Shown: positions 29,091 through 39,683 of the stretch, piece by piece
Numbering within the stretch: position 1 is the stretch's first letter
How the letters are laid out: each line of letters starts with the position of its first letter
Source: a candidate division FCPU426 bacterium
Lineage (GTDB): Bacteria; Oederibacteriota; Muellerivitia; Muellerivitales; Muellerivitaceae
Assembly (NCBI GenBank): GCA_963771075.1
Contig: CAVYSE010000026.1
Location: 1-64,000 of the forward strand
Length of the DNA: 64,000 nucleotides
Reading direction: 5' to 3'
Translations under genes and position numbers: made by a program
The notes under the pieces: generated by a model
What the model saw: only the letters and a program-made list of their open reading frames with translations
Databases searched by the model: none
What the model was told of the DNA's origin: nothing

Positions 29091-31254
29091 ATGAAACTCC
29101 TATTCTTCTCCTGGCTGGCGGGCCTTTTCTCGGCCGTTCCTGGCCTGGCTTTCGCGGACCACGGAGCGACCGCTTCCACGCAACGGGACCCTTGGATTGA
29201 CCTGGCCTTCGACCACCTGGTCCTGGCCGGGTTGGCCTCGCCGTCCGCCAAGCCTGTCGATCAAATGACCAATTTGGAGATGGCCCAAGCCACCGCCGGG
29301 GCCGCCCAAAAGTTAATGGACCCGAACACACCCGCCCCGCCGGAGGAAGGGATCCGGGCGCTCAACCGTTTGGTGGATGAATTCGACGACGAGCTGGCGG
29401 TGATGGGCGTTTACGCGACCATGGTGGAGGACCGGATCCGGGACGAGGAGAGGCGAAACGAGGAATTCGGCACCCTGCAAAAGGGGCTCCTGACGCAAAC
29501 CGGGACCCAATTGTCGGGTTACGCCAGGGGTTATTTCGACCTGTACCGGGGTTTCGGAGTCAACGCGATCTACGCGCCCATGGATAACAACGACATCATG
29601 TTCGAGGACTTCAAGCTCAAGAGCGTTCCCGTGCCCTTCGTGCTTTTCAACGCGGATATCCGCCTGACCCGCACCATCGGTTTGTATTACGCCGACCCGG
29701 TCAATCCCACCTACAACCTCCGGTGGCTTTCCTTTTCCAACGTCAATGACGTGGCGAACCTGACGGCCGGCGACTTTTACCGGCATTACACCCCCTTGAC
29801 CCTTTGGAACAACGATGTTCCTCTTTACACGATGATCGAGCCCGAGTCCTACGCCCGGGTCCGAAAGGACGTGGAGGAACTGGCCTACCTGGACCACGGG
29901 CCCGATTGGCATATGCGGGGTTTCGAGGCCACTTCGGACCAGGCCGTGACCCTGGTGCAACCCCTCGATTCCTTCCACCTCCAGGCCATGGCGGGAGAAC
30001 TGCAGTCGGCGGCCCAATACAGCTTCGCTCAGGATTACGCCGGGGGCGAGGCCGCATTGGATTTCCTGGACGGCCAATTGGAGGTTAAGGGGACCGGCCT
30101 GCTTCTATGGGATGACAGCCAGGCGTCGGACGTACCCTATATTCCCGGGCTTTTTACCACCTACTCGAAGCAATACCAGGTCGGCAGCCTATCCGCCCGC
30201 GGGACCTGTCCCATCCAGGAGGATACCCAGCCTGACGGCATCGGTGGAGTGGGCCGGAAGCCTTTACCAGGATGACAGCACCCAAAGCCAAAGCGTCCTG
30301 CAGGATTCGGCGATCCTGGGGAATGGGACCCTTCATCTAGGAAGCGCCCAAGTGACAGTGAAGTACATCCATACCGGGGCCTATTTCTATTCTCCCGGAG
30401 CCCAAACCAACCGCTACACCCCCGCGATGGGCGGAGTGGGATACCTCAGCAACAACCAAAACCTGGACGACGCCCTCCCGGGATACCTGGACAATTACGT
30501 TTTCCAGGATGTCAACCGGCCCTCCTTCGCGCCCTATGACCGGATGGCGGAAAACATCCTACCCTATGGCGATGCCACCCCCAACCGGGAAGGTTTCGTC
30601 CTGGGCGGATCAGCGGAACTGGGGAAGGAAGGCTGGCTCAAACCCCAGCTCTCCGTGGACCTGGGCATGCGGGAGCTCCAACCCAACCTGGCCCTCACGG
30701 TGACGGGACCGGTCGCGGTGGACAGCGGGACCAATACGGCCAATGCCCGGACCTTCACCGGGGTGGAAGGGGCCCTAAAGGCGGATTGCAACAAGGTCCT
30801 GGACGGACTTCCCTCCACCTGTTCCATCGCCCTGGATTACAAACACCAGACGACGGACCTGGGCTTGGGGGCGGCGCCCTTCTCGGTGGATACCTTCATC
30901 CTTTCCGCCGACGCGGGGCCCTTTCCGGACATCCCGCTTTTGGAAGGCATGGTCCTCTCGGGGGCTTACGAGTTGAACCAGGGGAGCGGAAACGAATACA
31001 GCCTCAATAACCTGGGAACTCCCCCGACCCTGGCCGAATACCCTTTTTACCTGGACCCCTCCCTCATCGGCCAATACACCTACCAGACCCTGGATATTAC
31101 CCGGACCTCCTGGTCGTTCGGATTCAAATTGCCCTTGAGCCAGTCCGCTAACCTGCACGGGGATTGGTTCTATCATCAATACACCTGGGCCAGCGAACCC
31201 GGATTCGACCGGCGGGAAGAAATATGGAGGGCGACCTATGAACTCTCCTTCTAA
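29091..31254 (+). CDS. Outer-membrane beta-barrel protein 2 with SLH-like domain and coiled coil; one frameshift (extra C at 30226-30228)
   Basis: DPWIDLAFDHLVLAGL..MTNLEMAQ; LNRLVDEFDDELAVMGV resembles the OmpM/cyanobacterial porin coiled coil. ORFs 29055-30275 and 30112-31254 join into one protein collinear with barrel 3. Ends TYELSF. Confidence 0.75.
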
Positions 31255-33645
31255 TAATAGGCAAAGAACCGCCCGCAAGGCTCGGAGGGGCCTTTCCAGG
31301 TCGTTTTTCTTCCTCGTGATTCCCGTGGTCCTGTGGGCGTCGGGTTCCAATGGCCTTTTTTCTGTGGTGCCCGCGCAAGACAAGACCTACGTACAATTGG
31401 AACAGTTGGTGGAAGCCGGTTTGTTGAACGCGGGGGATGTCGCCTATCCCCTATCCCGGTATGACGTGGCCAAACGCATCCTGGCGGCCCAGGACCAATA
31501 TGACCAAAGGGTCATGGCCCAAGCCGGTGGTGAGATACCTCCCCCGCCCGACGCGCTGGTTACTTCGACCGCCGATTCGGCGGTCCCTCCTCCTTCGGCC
31601 GAAAGGCCAGGTCTGGCCGCAACGACAGGTCTCGCCGGAACGCCGGTACCAGTCCTAACTTCAATCCCAGATGGGACCCCTGTCCCGTTCGGGACTCCTG
31701 TTCCCCCCCATGGGATTCAAAAAGCCTTGAAACCCTTGACCAGTCTGAAGGAGGCTTACCAATACGAATTAAAAGAAGTGGTGAAGGCCAAGCTCCTGAA
31801 GGTCCAAAAAGAGGCCGATGAGCTGGATTCCAAGCAATACGACCTGCGCAAGAAGATCGTGGGAGTGGGGGAGTACCCGACCCTTGCCATCCATGGGTTG
31901 GGACGGGCTTTTGGATTGTCCCAGTTATACACGGGAGCCATGCCCGGGTACGTGACCCAACCCGGAACCCAGACCTTCTCGGGTTACCTGGATTTGAACC
32001 CGGAGGGAGTCGTTTCCAAGGAGGTGGGATGGAACACGATCTTGAGGTTGGAAACTCCCATGCAGCCCAACGCCGATTCGGTGATCACCTTCCGGAGCGC
32101 AGCGATCCACTTTGACCCTTCCTGGATGTCGGCCACCCTGGGTGATTTCGAGGAATCCTACACTCCCCTCGTGATGTGGAATCGAAACACCCTGGACCTT
32201 CGTTATGTTCCGGAGATGATGGCCCGCCAGGATGATACGGCCAAATACGAAAGTTTCCTCAACCACGAGCCGGATTGGCCATTGCGGGGTGTCAAGATCG
32301 GCACGGAACTCATGTGGCCGGATTCCCCTATTGTGGAAAGATTCCAAGTTTCCGCTTTCGCCGACATGGTCCACGATAGCCTCAACGATTACGGCGGTTT
32401 CATCGGTCCCGGCCAATATACGGACTGGATTTTCGGGGGAAAGGCTTACCTCCAGTCCCCCAAGCAATATTGGGAGGACGGTTCCTGGCAATGGGACTTG
32501 AGCGCCTGCGGACTGGTCATGGACGAGCCCCTCGACTCCAACCCCGGCCTTGCCTATGATCCCTACAACGCCTCGACCTGGGCACACCAGTACCTGATCG
32601 GGAGCGTCCAACCGGGTTTGAAGGTGACGCTGGGGGGGAACTCACCTTGGGGGCCACCGCGGAATTCGCTTTTTCCAGCTACCAGGACGACAAGCTCAAC
32701 TCCAACCGGATCTTCAACGACAACGCCTTTTTGGGCGGCGCCTATATCGGAATCGGCGATTCCCGGGTCACCTTCAACTACCTTTACGTGGACCCCTATT
32801 TCTATTCGCCGCTGGCCCAAACCCGGCAGGACGCGGTCACGAACCTGTCGGGACTTAGCTCGATGGCCAGTTCAGGACTTTTCTCGTCCCCGCTCCGGGG
32901 ACAATTTTTCCTTCCTTCCATCCCTCGGGCCGGGGGGATCTTTGGCTACTATGACCGGACCCAGGACAATACCTTCCCCTACGGGTTGGCGACCCCCAAC
33001 CGGGTGGGCGTGGGAATGGAAGTGGATATCCGGGCCTTGGAACAACGCGCCTTGCGGATCCTGGGGTCGGCTTACCTCATGCAGGAAGTGGAGGACAATC
33101 TGGTCACCAACGCGGCCTACACGGCTCTGGTCCCCGTGGACGCGCCCCTGGGGACCGGTTCGGTCCCCGCACGGCAATTCACCTATATCAATGCCGGACC
33201 CTCCCTCAACCTGGGGCCGCTGATCGGATGGGACCGGGACCTGGAGATCGGGACGAATTTACGGATGGAACAAACCACCAGCGGTTTGGGAAACCTGACC
33301 AGCACCTGGATCCTCGGAGGATTCCGCGTGGATGTCCTTCCGGTATGGGAGGTTTCGGCCTATTACGGCAACCAAACCGCGCAAGGCACGGAGGAGGGCG
33401 TGGATGGGACCCTTTGGGCCCGGTACGCTTACGTCTTCGACGGATCCGACCTGGGACAATACCAGCCCTTCACCGTGAACGGAACCAACCAAAGTTGGAT
33501 GTTCACGAACCTTTTCAAGGTGAACCGCAACTCCAGCATCGATTTGGACCTCGATTGGACCAGCGGAAACCTGCTGCCCGTCCGTCCCGCCCCTGGGACT
33601 CTCAACAGCCTGTTTTATGAGGTGACTTATGAAGTCCGGTTCTGA
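31238..33645 (+). CDS. Outer-membrane beta-barrel protein 3 with SLH-like domain and coiled coil; one frameshift (G7 run at 32632-32638, G8 restores frame)
   Basis: DKTYVQLEQLVEAGLL..PLSRYDVAKRI; coiled coil LTSLKEAYQYELKE. Shares GDFxxxYTPLxxWN, PDWxxRG, YFYSPxAQT and YDRxxxNxxPYGxATPNRxG with barrel 2. Ends TYEVRF. Confidence 0.75.
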
Positions 33646-34363
33646 GGGGAAAAGCGCAATCCGTTTGGGGCTCCTCGCCCTGTTGGGAGCCATCGGGTGG
33701 AGCTGCCAAACCCAGGCGCCCACGAATTACCTTTCCGTGCCGGCGGGAGGAGACGCGCCCTCGATGATCATCAACTTCGAGGGTTCCCCGGCCACCGTCG
33801 TGAATTCCAACCTGGCCGAGGCCGGGGTGGCCCATCACGTCGTGGTGAGTCCCGGGTTCGCGAGCCTCAATGGCGGAGGCAGTTCCATGCTCGTTTCCAT
33901 GCCCGGAGCCGCCGGGACAGGCCATGCGCTCAGCGTTTCGGGCATCGTGACCGGCACCCTGCTCCAGCTGACCATCAGCTTGGACACCAATTCGCCGACG
34001 GGATATTACGACGCCAGCCTGTTCAAGGGTGTCCGGTTTTACCTGAGGGTCATGGGGGATGACCAAACCACCCAGAAGTTTTTTTCAATTCCCATCGCCC
34101 AAACCATGCCGATCGGGAACAAGGGCACCTGCCCCGCCAACTGTTACGACCATTTTGGCTACACTTACTCCGGCACCCACGGGCAATGGCAGCAGGTTTC
34201 GCTGGATTTTTCGTCCCTGAAACGGCACGGTTACGGGGGCCCCGTGACACCAAGCACCCTGACCGGGACCAATCTCCAGCAATTCGTGCAGTTGCAATGG
34301 CAGGAAAACAGCGACGGCACCAACATGGCGGATTTTTCGGTGGATGAGGTCCAATTCTATTGA
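33629..34363 (+). CDS. Lipoprotein with CIA30/CBM11-like carbohydrate-binding domain
   Basis: Lipobox-like GWSC; IINFEG, YDASLFKGVRFY, CPANCYDHFG, WQQVSLDFSSL, FSVDEVQFY. Confidence 0.8.
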   Translation: MKSGSEGKSAIRLGLLALLGAIGWSCQTQAPTNYLSVPAGGDAPSMIINFEGSPATVVNSNLAEAGVAHHVVVSPGFASLNGGGSSMLVSMPGAAGTGHALSVSGIVTGTLLQLTISLDTNSPTGYYDASLFKGVRFYLRVMGDDQTTQKFFSIPIAQTMPIGNKGTCPANCYDHFGYTYSGTHGQWQQVSLDFSSLKRHGYGGPVTPSTLTGTNLQQFVQLQWQENSDGTNMADFSVDEVQFY

Positions 34364-34417
34364 CCGTAGGTTCGTTGGAAGCGGTTCACCGTAAAAGGTT
34401 TCGCGGGAGGGTTTGGC

Positions 34418-35674
34418 ATGAATAGAAAATGGTTGGGTTTTTCCGTGATGGCGCCGGTCCTCACGGCCTTCGCCCTTTGGCTTGCCCAGGGCTGCGCCCA
34501 AAAGCTACCGAGCTTGGCCAGCGTGGCCATCCCGCCCACTCCCACTCCCCAAACCAGCTGGTTTTTCGAGACGAACACCAATATCGGCGCCGGAAACGGG
34601 AATTGGAACGACACCGGGCTCAATGTCTACGCGGGCACCCCGGTCACGGGCGTTGTGAGCTGGAGCCAACCCGGGTATAACGGTTCGGTCGGTTGCTTGA
34701 GTGATAACCTTACCTTTTCCGGGTCCGCCCAATCGGATACCCTCCAGTACACCCCCCTCTCCCCCCTGAATTTCACCGCGCTGGGACTCAATGGGCTGAG
34801 CGCTGAAATATGGGTCGATTCATCCTTGGATAGCGCCCCGTCCGTCCAGATCTATTTTCAAAGCGGTTCGGGAACTTGGGAATGGGGGAACCAGGTTTCC
34901 GTGACTCCCAACGCATGGACCAGCATCGGGTTCATTCCCACTTGGTCCAATAACGGGGAAGATCCGACGAAAGTCCAGTCCTTCTGGATCACGGTCAAGT
35001 CGGGTTCGGGCGGCACCTTGGGGAGTGGGAACATCAAGCTGGACAATATCGTGCTCAACGCAGGCGCCATTATTCCGGTGGCCACCCCCACCGTGACCTC
35101 CCTTCCGGCATCCCCGACACCCACCTTTACGCCGGTGGCCGCCGACAGCTGGTATTTCGAGAGCAGCACGATGGGCGCCGCGGGGAACGGCATTGGCACC
35201 GCGGCGAACCAGTCGGACACCTGGTATGACAACGGGGCCGGCTCGGTTTCGGGCGTCATCAGCTGGGCTTCCCCCGGTTACAACGGTTCCGCGGGCTGCC
35301 TGGTCGATTTCCTGACCTTCACCGCCCAGGGGCAAACTGATGAGATCCAATATTCCCCCTCAAGCCCGATGAATTGGACAAGCCTGGGGATTGTGGGGAT
35401 GCGGGGAGAGGTGTGGGTTGACGGCAGTTTGGATACGAACGGCAGTCCCGTGGTTCAGCTTTTCGCTTCCAGCGGTTCGGGGACAGTCTGGGAATATGGG
35501 GGTTATGACAATTTGACCGGAAACGCATGGACGGAAGCCGCCTGGGTACCCCCCTTTTCCACTTCCGGAACCGATCCAACCCAGGTCCATGAAATCTGGT
35601 TCAAGATCGTAACGAATACGGGTTCCTCTTTCGGGAGCGGAAACATCAAGCTGGACAATATCGAGCTTTATTAG
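34418..35674 (+). CDS. Lipoprotein with two tandem CBM-like jelly-roll domains
   Basis: Lipobox AQGC; internal duplication SWxFE..ISWxxPGYNGSxGCL..EIWVD..WExG..NAWT..DPTxV..GSGNIKLDNI, separated by a PT linker. Confidence 0.8.
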   Translation: MNRKWLGFSVMAPVLTAFALWLAQGCAQKLPSLASVAIPPTPTPQTSWFFETNTNIGAGNGNWNDTGLNVYAGTPVTGVVSWSQPGYNGSVGCLSDNLTFSGSAQSDTLQYTPLSPLNFTALGLNGLSAEIWVDSSLDSAPSVQIYFQSGSGTWEWGNQVSVTPNAWTSIGFIPTWSNNGEDPTKVQSFWITVKSGSGGTLGSGNIKLDNIVLNAGAIIPVATPTVTSLPASPTPTFTPVAADSWYFESSTMGAAGNGIGTAANQSDTWYDNGAGSVSGVISWASPGYNGSAGCLVDFLTFTAQGQTDEIQYSPSSPMNWTSLGIVGMRGEVWVDGSLDTNGSPVVQLFASSGSGTVWEYGGYDNLTGNAWTEAAWVPPFSTSGTDPTQVHEIWFKIVTNTGSSFGSGNIKLDNIELY

Positions 35675-35714
35675 CGGTTTCAACGATGGATTCTTCTCCC
35701 CTTAAAAGGCGGTC

Positions 35715-37706
35715 ATGAAAGTTCATTCATATGCTGGGGGCGGCTGGTTCGTTACCGAAGGCAAGGCGATCGTCTGCTCGCAGGTGTTTCCCTTGGAAAT
35801 GGCAATAAAGGGAAAGATCTATCAAGGAAAGATGGAACGGGGCCTCCGGGGGACCTTTTCGGGCCGATTGGCGGATGGAAAGGGAGATTTCCTTTCTTGC
35901 GACGCTTCCTTCCGAAAAAGGACCCTTCATGGACTGGAAGTGCTGGAGGAAAAAAGGGTCTATCGGGCCCTGCGGGATATCCCGAAAGCTTTATTGACCG
36001 TCCGGTATTTCCTCCAACCCGTCCCGAAACAGGGAGACGGCTTCCTGGCCATTCCCGCCCTTTGGTACGGGGACAACGAGGGTTGGCAGAAGAAGATCCC
36101 CTATCCCAAGGGGATCGAAAAGGACTGGAGTTTCCGGGCGGATGGGTCTTCCTGCCCGGCGGTGATCTGGATCACGCCCCTCTCTTCCTATGCCCTGGCA
36201 ATCGATCCATCGGTCCGGTTCCCGGTGAAACACCAAGGGTTGGACGACATCCTGGGCATCGGGTTCGCCCGGATGGAGGATCGGCCCCAGGCCCTTTTCA
36301 CTTTCCCGGCCCAGGAAATTCCCAAAAGTTTCCCCTGGGGCCGAAAGCTCCGGGCGCCCCTCCAACCCCGTATTGACTGGAAGAAAGGGCAGGGCCTGAC
36401 CCTCACCCTTTACCATTCCGCCTCCAGGCCGAACCGGGCCTTCCACGTCCGGGTATGGCGGGCCCACATGGACCGGGTTTCCAAGCCCTTCCGGTACCGG
36501 ATTGATCGCTCGAAGCTTGAGAAAACAGCCGGTCTCTTCACCCACTGCCTGAAAGAAAGCCATTTTCTGGAAGGAAAGGGGTTTTCCCACCGGCACGATA
36601 TCCCCGAGATTTTCACAGGATGGTGCGGAGGGTTCGCGGCGGCCTACGCGGCAATCAAATGGGGCGACCTGTCCGGCGATCCGAGGCTCCGATCGATGGG
36701 TGAAACCATGTGCGATTACATCTGCCAAGAGGGGGTTTCGCCCTCGGGGCTCTTTTATTCCGAGAACGCCAAGGGAATTTGGCTGGAAAAGGTTTTTTGG
36801 GGAGCGGCCCGGGGCATTCACATGCGCAATCCCTCGGAGGGTTCCTGCTACCTGGCCCTGATCCTGGAATACGAGCGCCAAAAGGGAAGGACCCGGCCGC
36901 TCTGGGACCGGGCCCTGCGCTCGAACCTGGACCGGGTGGTCGCCCTCCAGCGGCGGGACGGCGCCATTCCCCACGAGGTGGATGGAAAGACCGGCAAACC
37001 CCTTTCCTGGGTGGGGGCCACGAGCGGCGCCTGGGCGGGCGCGCTGGCGGTTTATTCACGGATCGACGGGGACAAATTACGGTCCCGGGGCTACCTCCGC
37101 TCGGCCGAAAAGGCCGCGGCTTACTACCTGAAGCATTACGTGGAGAGGGAACGGTATATCGGCGGGCCTTACGACACCTACATGGCCCCCAATATGGAAG
37201 ATCCCTACAACCTGCTTTTGGCCTACTCGGAGTTGTTCCAGGCCACGGGTAAAAGGAAATGGCTGGGGGCGGCCCAAAGGGTGGCCGACCATCTCCTGTC
37301 CTGGCGATATCTCTACGACGCGCGGTTCCCGGACGGGACCGTCTGCCGGAAAAATAAGGTGAAGACCTTCCACATGTCCCCCGCGTCGGTCTCGAACAAG
37401 CATATCCAGAACTGGGACACCCTGGCCGATCCCTACCTGATGAGGCTCAGCCGATGGCTGGGGGATCCCTTTTACGCCGACTGCGCCCGCCAACACCTGG
37501 CGGCTTCCACCCAATTGGTGCAGGTTGGCCAGCTTCCCAAGGGTATTCCCTACGGCGGCCAATCGGAGCAGTGGTACGCGACGAATTTCAACTGGTTCGG
37601 GAATTGCGGCAAGTACTCCAAGGGTAACCTCTGGCAGATCACGGTGGCCCTGCCGAAGGCGGGATTCCTTATTTCCATGGCGGAATTGAGGGCCGGGGGA
37701 AAATAA
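35715..37706 (+). CDS. Uncharacterised cytoplasmic protein, probably an (alpha/alpha)6 six-hairpin glycosidase-like fold
   Basis: No signal peptide. Helical repeats such as LVALQRRDGAIP, YLRSAEKAAAY, LLAYSELFQATGKRKWLGAAQRVADHLLSW, and GGQSEQW. Located inside a carbohydrate locus. Confidence 0.55.
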   Translation: MKVHSYAGGGWFVTEGKAIVCSQVFPLEMAIKGKIYQGKMERGLRGTFSGRLADGKGDFLSCDASFRKRTLHGLEVLEEKRVYRALRDIPKALLTVRYFLQPVPKQGDGFLAIPALWYGDNEGWQKKIPYPKGIEKDWSFRADGSSCPAVIWITPLSSYALAIDPSVRFPVKHQGLDDILGIGFARMEDRPQALFTFPAQEIPKSFPWGRKLRAPLQPRIDWKKGQGLTLTLYHSASRPNRAFHVRVWRAHMDRVSKPFRYRIDRSKLEKTAGLFTHCLKESHFLEGKGFSHRHDIPEIFTGWCGGFAAAYAAIKWGDLSGDPRLRSMGETMCDYICQEGVSPSGLFYSENAKGIWLEKVFWGAARGIHMRNPSEGSCYLALILEYERQKGRTRPLWDRALRSNLDRVVALQRRDGAIPHEVDGKTGKPLSWVGATSGAWAGALAVYSRIDGDKLRSRGYLRSAEKAAAYYLKHYVERERYIGGPYDTYMAPNMEDPYNLLLAYSELFQATGKRKWLGAAQRVADHLLSWRYLYDARFPDGTVCRKNKVKTFHMSPASVSNKHIQNWDTLADPYLMRLSRWLGDPFYADCARQHLAASTQLVQVGQLPKGIPYGGQSEQWYATNFNWFGNCGKYSKGNLWQITVALPKAGFLISMAELRAGGK

Positions 37707-37829
37707 GGCGTCCGGGGGGTTGGGGCGCGGGCCCCGTCGGCGGTTCGGATTGACCGGGCTGGATCTCGCCAGGCAAGCCTCTCCGGTCGGGTGCCTCTTT
37801 TTCGGAAAGAGAGTGGATAATAACAAGCT

Positions 37830-39683
37830 ATGGCGCCTAAGACGGGAAAGTCCCCCACTGAATTCGAGTCCTTTCTCGGACAGGAAATTTTCCTGTCCAT
37901 CCTCAACTACTATGTCGACCTGAATTGCTTCATCATTCCCGTTTCCCCCATCCAGCTTTTTCCGAAGGACCACCATCGTTATCCTACTTCCTGGATCAGC
38001 GTCCATTACCACCGACGGCTGGTTTCCATATTCGATTTCGAGAAGGATTGGGGTGCCATCTCGCGGTTGAGCCAATCCGTGGAAGGATATTGCCGTAAGG
38101 TCCGGAAGGAAAAACGTACCTTTCGGGGCGATCACCTGGGTTTTTACGACTTTTACGTGCCCGTTTTGAACAAAGGGGATTGCATCGCGATCCTGGTTTC
38201 CGGAGCCTTTTCGGACCGGGAGATCACCTCGGAGCAATTGAGCCGAAGCTGGCACCTCTTGACGGGCCAGACGGCCTCGCCCGTGAACGACGAATTCCGG
38301 GAATTCGCCCGTTGCCTCCTGCAAACTCCCGTACTGGAAGGAAAACTTTTGGAGGCCTACCAGGGGGCCTTGGAAGTTTTTGCGGCGATCCTGGGAGGCA
38401 ACCCGGATTGGCGGGACAATGCCCGCCAGCTTCGGGAATTGATGCTGGGTGTTTTTTGCAAGGGAATGCCCCACAGTTATTTCGTGGATTGGGCTTTGGG
38501 CCGCCCCGGAAGCCAGTCCACGCCCCCCTGGGGCCGGGACATCGAAAAGTGGGATTTTATTCGGGAAGAGATCGGGTTGACCCGGATCCCCACCACGGCC
38601 ATCACGGTCCTTCCGCGCCGTTCCCTGGGCCGGAAAGAGGAAGCGGTCGATGAAATGCTGAGGATCTACCGTTTCCAGAGGGCCTGTTTCCGCTTCGCCA
38701 AAACGATCCCGCAGACGGTGGCGGGGCCGATGGAGGATTATGGGGCCGTTTTCGTGACTTCCGCGGAGCCGAGAAAAAACAAGATCCAACCCCGAAAGCA
38801 GATCGAGGATATCGCCCGCCAGATTCAAAAGTTCGCCACCCTCCAGCTGGGAGGACCCGTGCAGGTTGGAGTTGGACGGACCTTGGCCCCGGGGCAGGTC
38901 TTGAGGGATTCGTACCATGAGGCCGTATTGGCGCTTCATTTGGGAAAGGAAACGGGAAAGGATATCGTGTTCTATTCCTCCGGGCAGTCGGAAGGAAAGA
39001 AGGATGGGTTCGCTTCCGCCCGCCGCCTCCTATTGGAACTCGCCCAGGCCTTCCGGACCTCCACCCTCTCCGACATCGGCCTTCTCCGGGAAAGGTTCTT
39101 AAAGGAGATCCTGACCCTCGCCTTCCAGGACCCGGATGAAATCCATGTGCATTTTGAATATGCCCTCCTGGTGTTGGTGGAAGCCCTGAGGGCGAAACCA
39201 GGGGTCGGCGACGCCGGGGCGGACCGGCTTTTTTCGGCCCTTTCCTCCTTCCTGACCTCCGCCAGTACGGTCCAGGAAAAAGTGCTCGCCTTCCAGGAAA
39301 TGATCGACCGACTTTGCGCGCATGCCTTGAAACCCCTCGCCCTCTCGTCCGTCTTGTCCCTGGAGAGCCTCCGGTCGCATATCGACGAGCAGTTCCAGGA
39401 ACCCCTGAGGATTTCCGACCTGGCCCGCCGGGCCCGGATGTCACCGGCCACTTTCAGCCGTAAATTCAAGAAGTTGACCGGCCAGGGCCTGGGCGACTAC
39501 CTCCAGGAAAAACGCATCCGGGAGGCGAGACGCCTGCTCCGGGTCAGCCATCTGTCGGTTTCCCAGGTCAGCCGGCAGTGCGGTTTCCTGTCGGAAAATT
39601 ATTTCCGGACCCTTTTTAAGGCCAAAACCAAATTGACCCCCCAGGAATTTCGAGAAAGGCCCCTCGCCAATGATAAAGATTGA
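37830..39683 (+). CDS. AraC family transcriptional regulator with PocR-like N-terminal sensor
   Basis: C-terminal double HTH LARRARMSPATFSRKFKK..RIREARRLL..VSQVSRQCGFLSENYFRTLFK..TPQEFR. HLGFYDFYVPV..ILVSG is PocR-like; central GVGRT..SYHEAVLAL. Confidence 0.9.
   Translation: MAPKTGKSPTEFESFLGQEIFLSILNYYVDLNCFIIPVSPIQLFPKDHHRYPTSWISVHYHRRLVSIFDFEKDWGAISRLSQSVEGYCRKVRKEKRTFRGDHLGFYDFYVPVLNKGDCIAILVSGAFSDREITSEQLSRSWHLLTGQTASPVNDEFREFARCLLQTPVLEGKLLEAYQGALEVFAAILGGNPDWRDNARQLRELMLGVFCKGMPHSYFVDWALGRPGSQSTPPWGRDIEKWDFIREEIGLTRIPTTAITVLPRRSLGRKEEAVDEMLRIYRFQRACFRFAKTIPQTVAGPMEDYGAVFVTSAEPRKNKIQPRKQIEDIARQIQKFATLQLGGPVQVGVGRTLAPGQVLRDSYHEAVLALHLGKETGKDIVFYSSGQSEGKKDGFASARRLLLELAQAFRTSTLSDIGLLRERFLKEILTLAFQDPDEIHVHFEYALLVLVEALRAKPGVGDAGADRLFSALSSFLTSASTVQEKVLAFQEMIDRLCAHALKPLALSSVLSLESLRSHIDEQFQEPLRISDLARRARMSPATFSRKFKKLTGQGLGDYLQEKRIREARRLLRVSHLSVSQVSRQCGFLSENYFRTLFKAKTKLTPQEFRERPLANDKD

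Noticed and set aside
26529..33645. SusC/TonB-dependent receptor identity for the barrels
   Set aside because: No TonB box or plug-domain motifs seen; the N-termini are SLH-like plus coiled coil.
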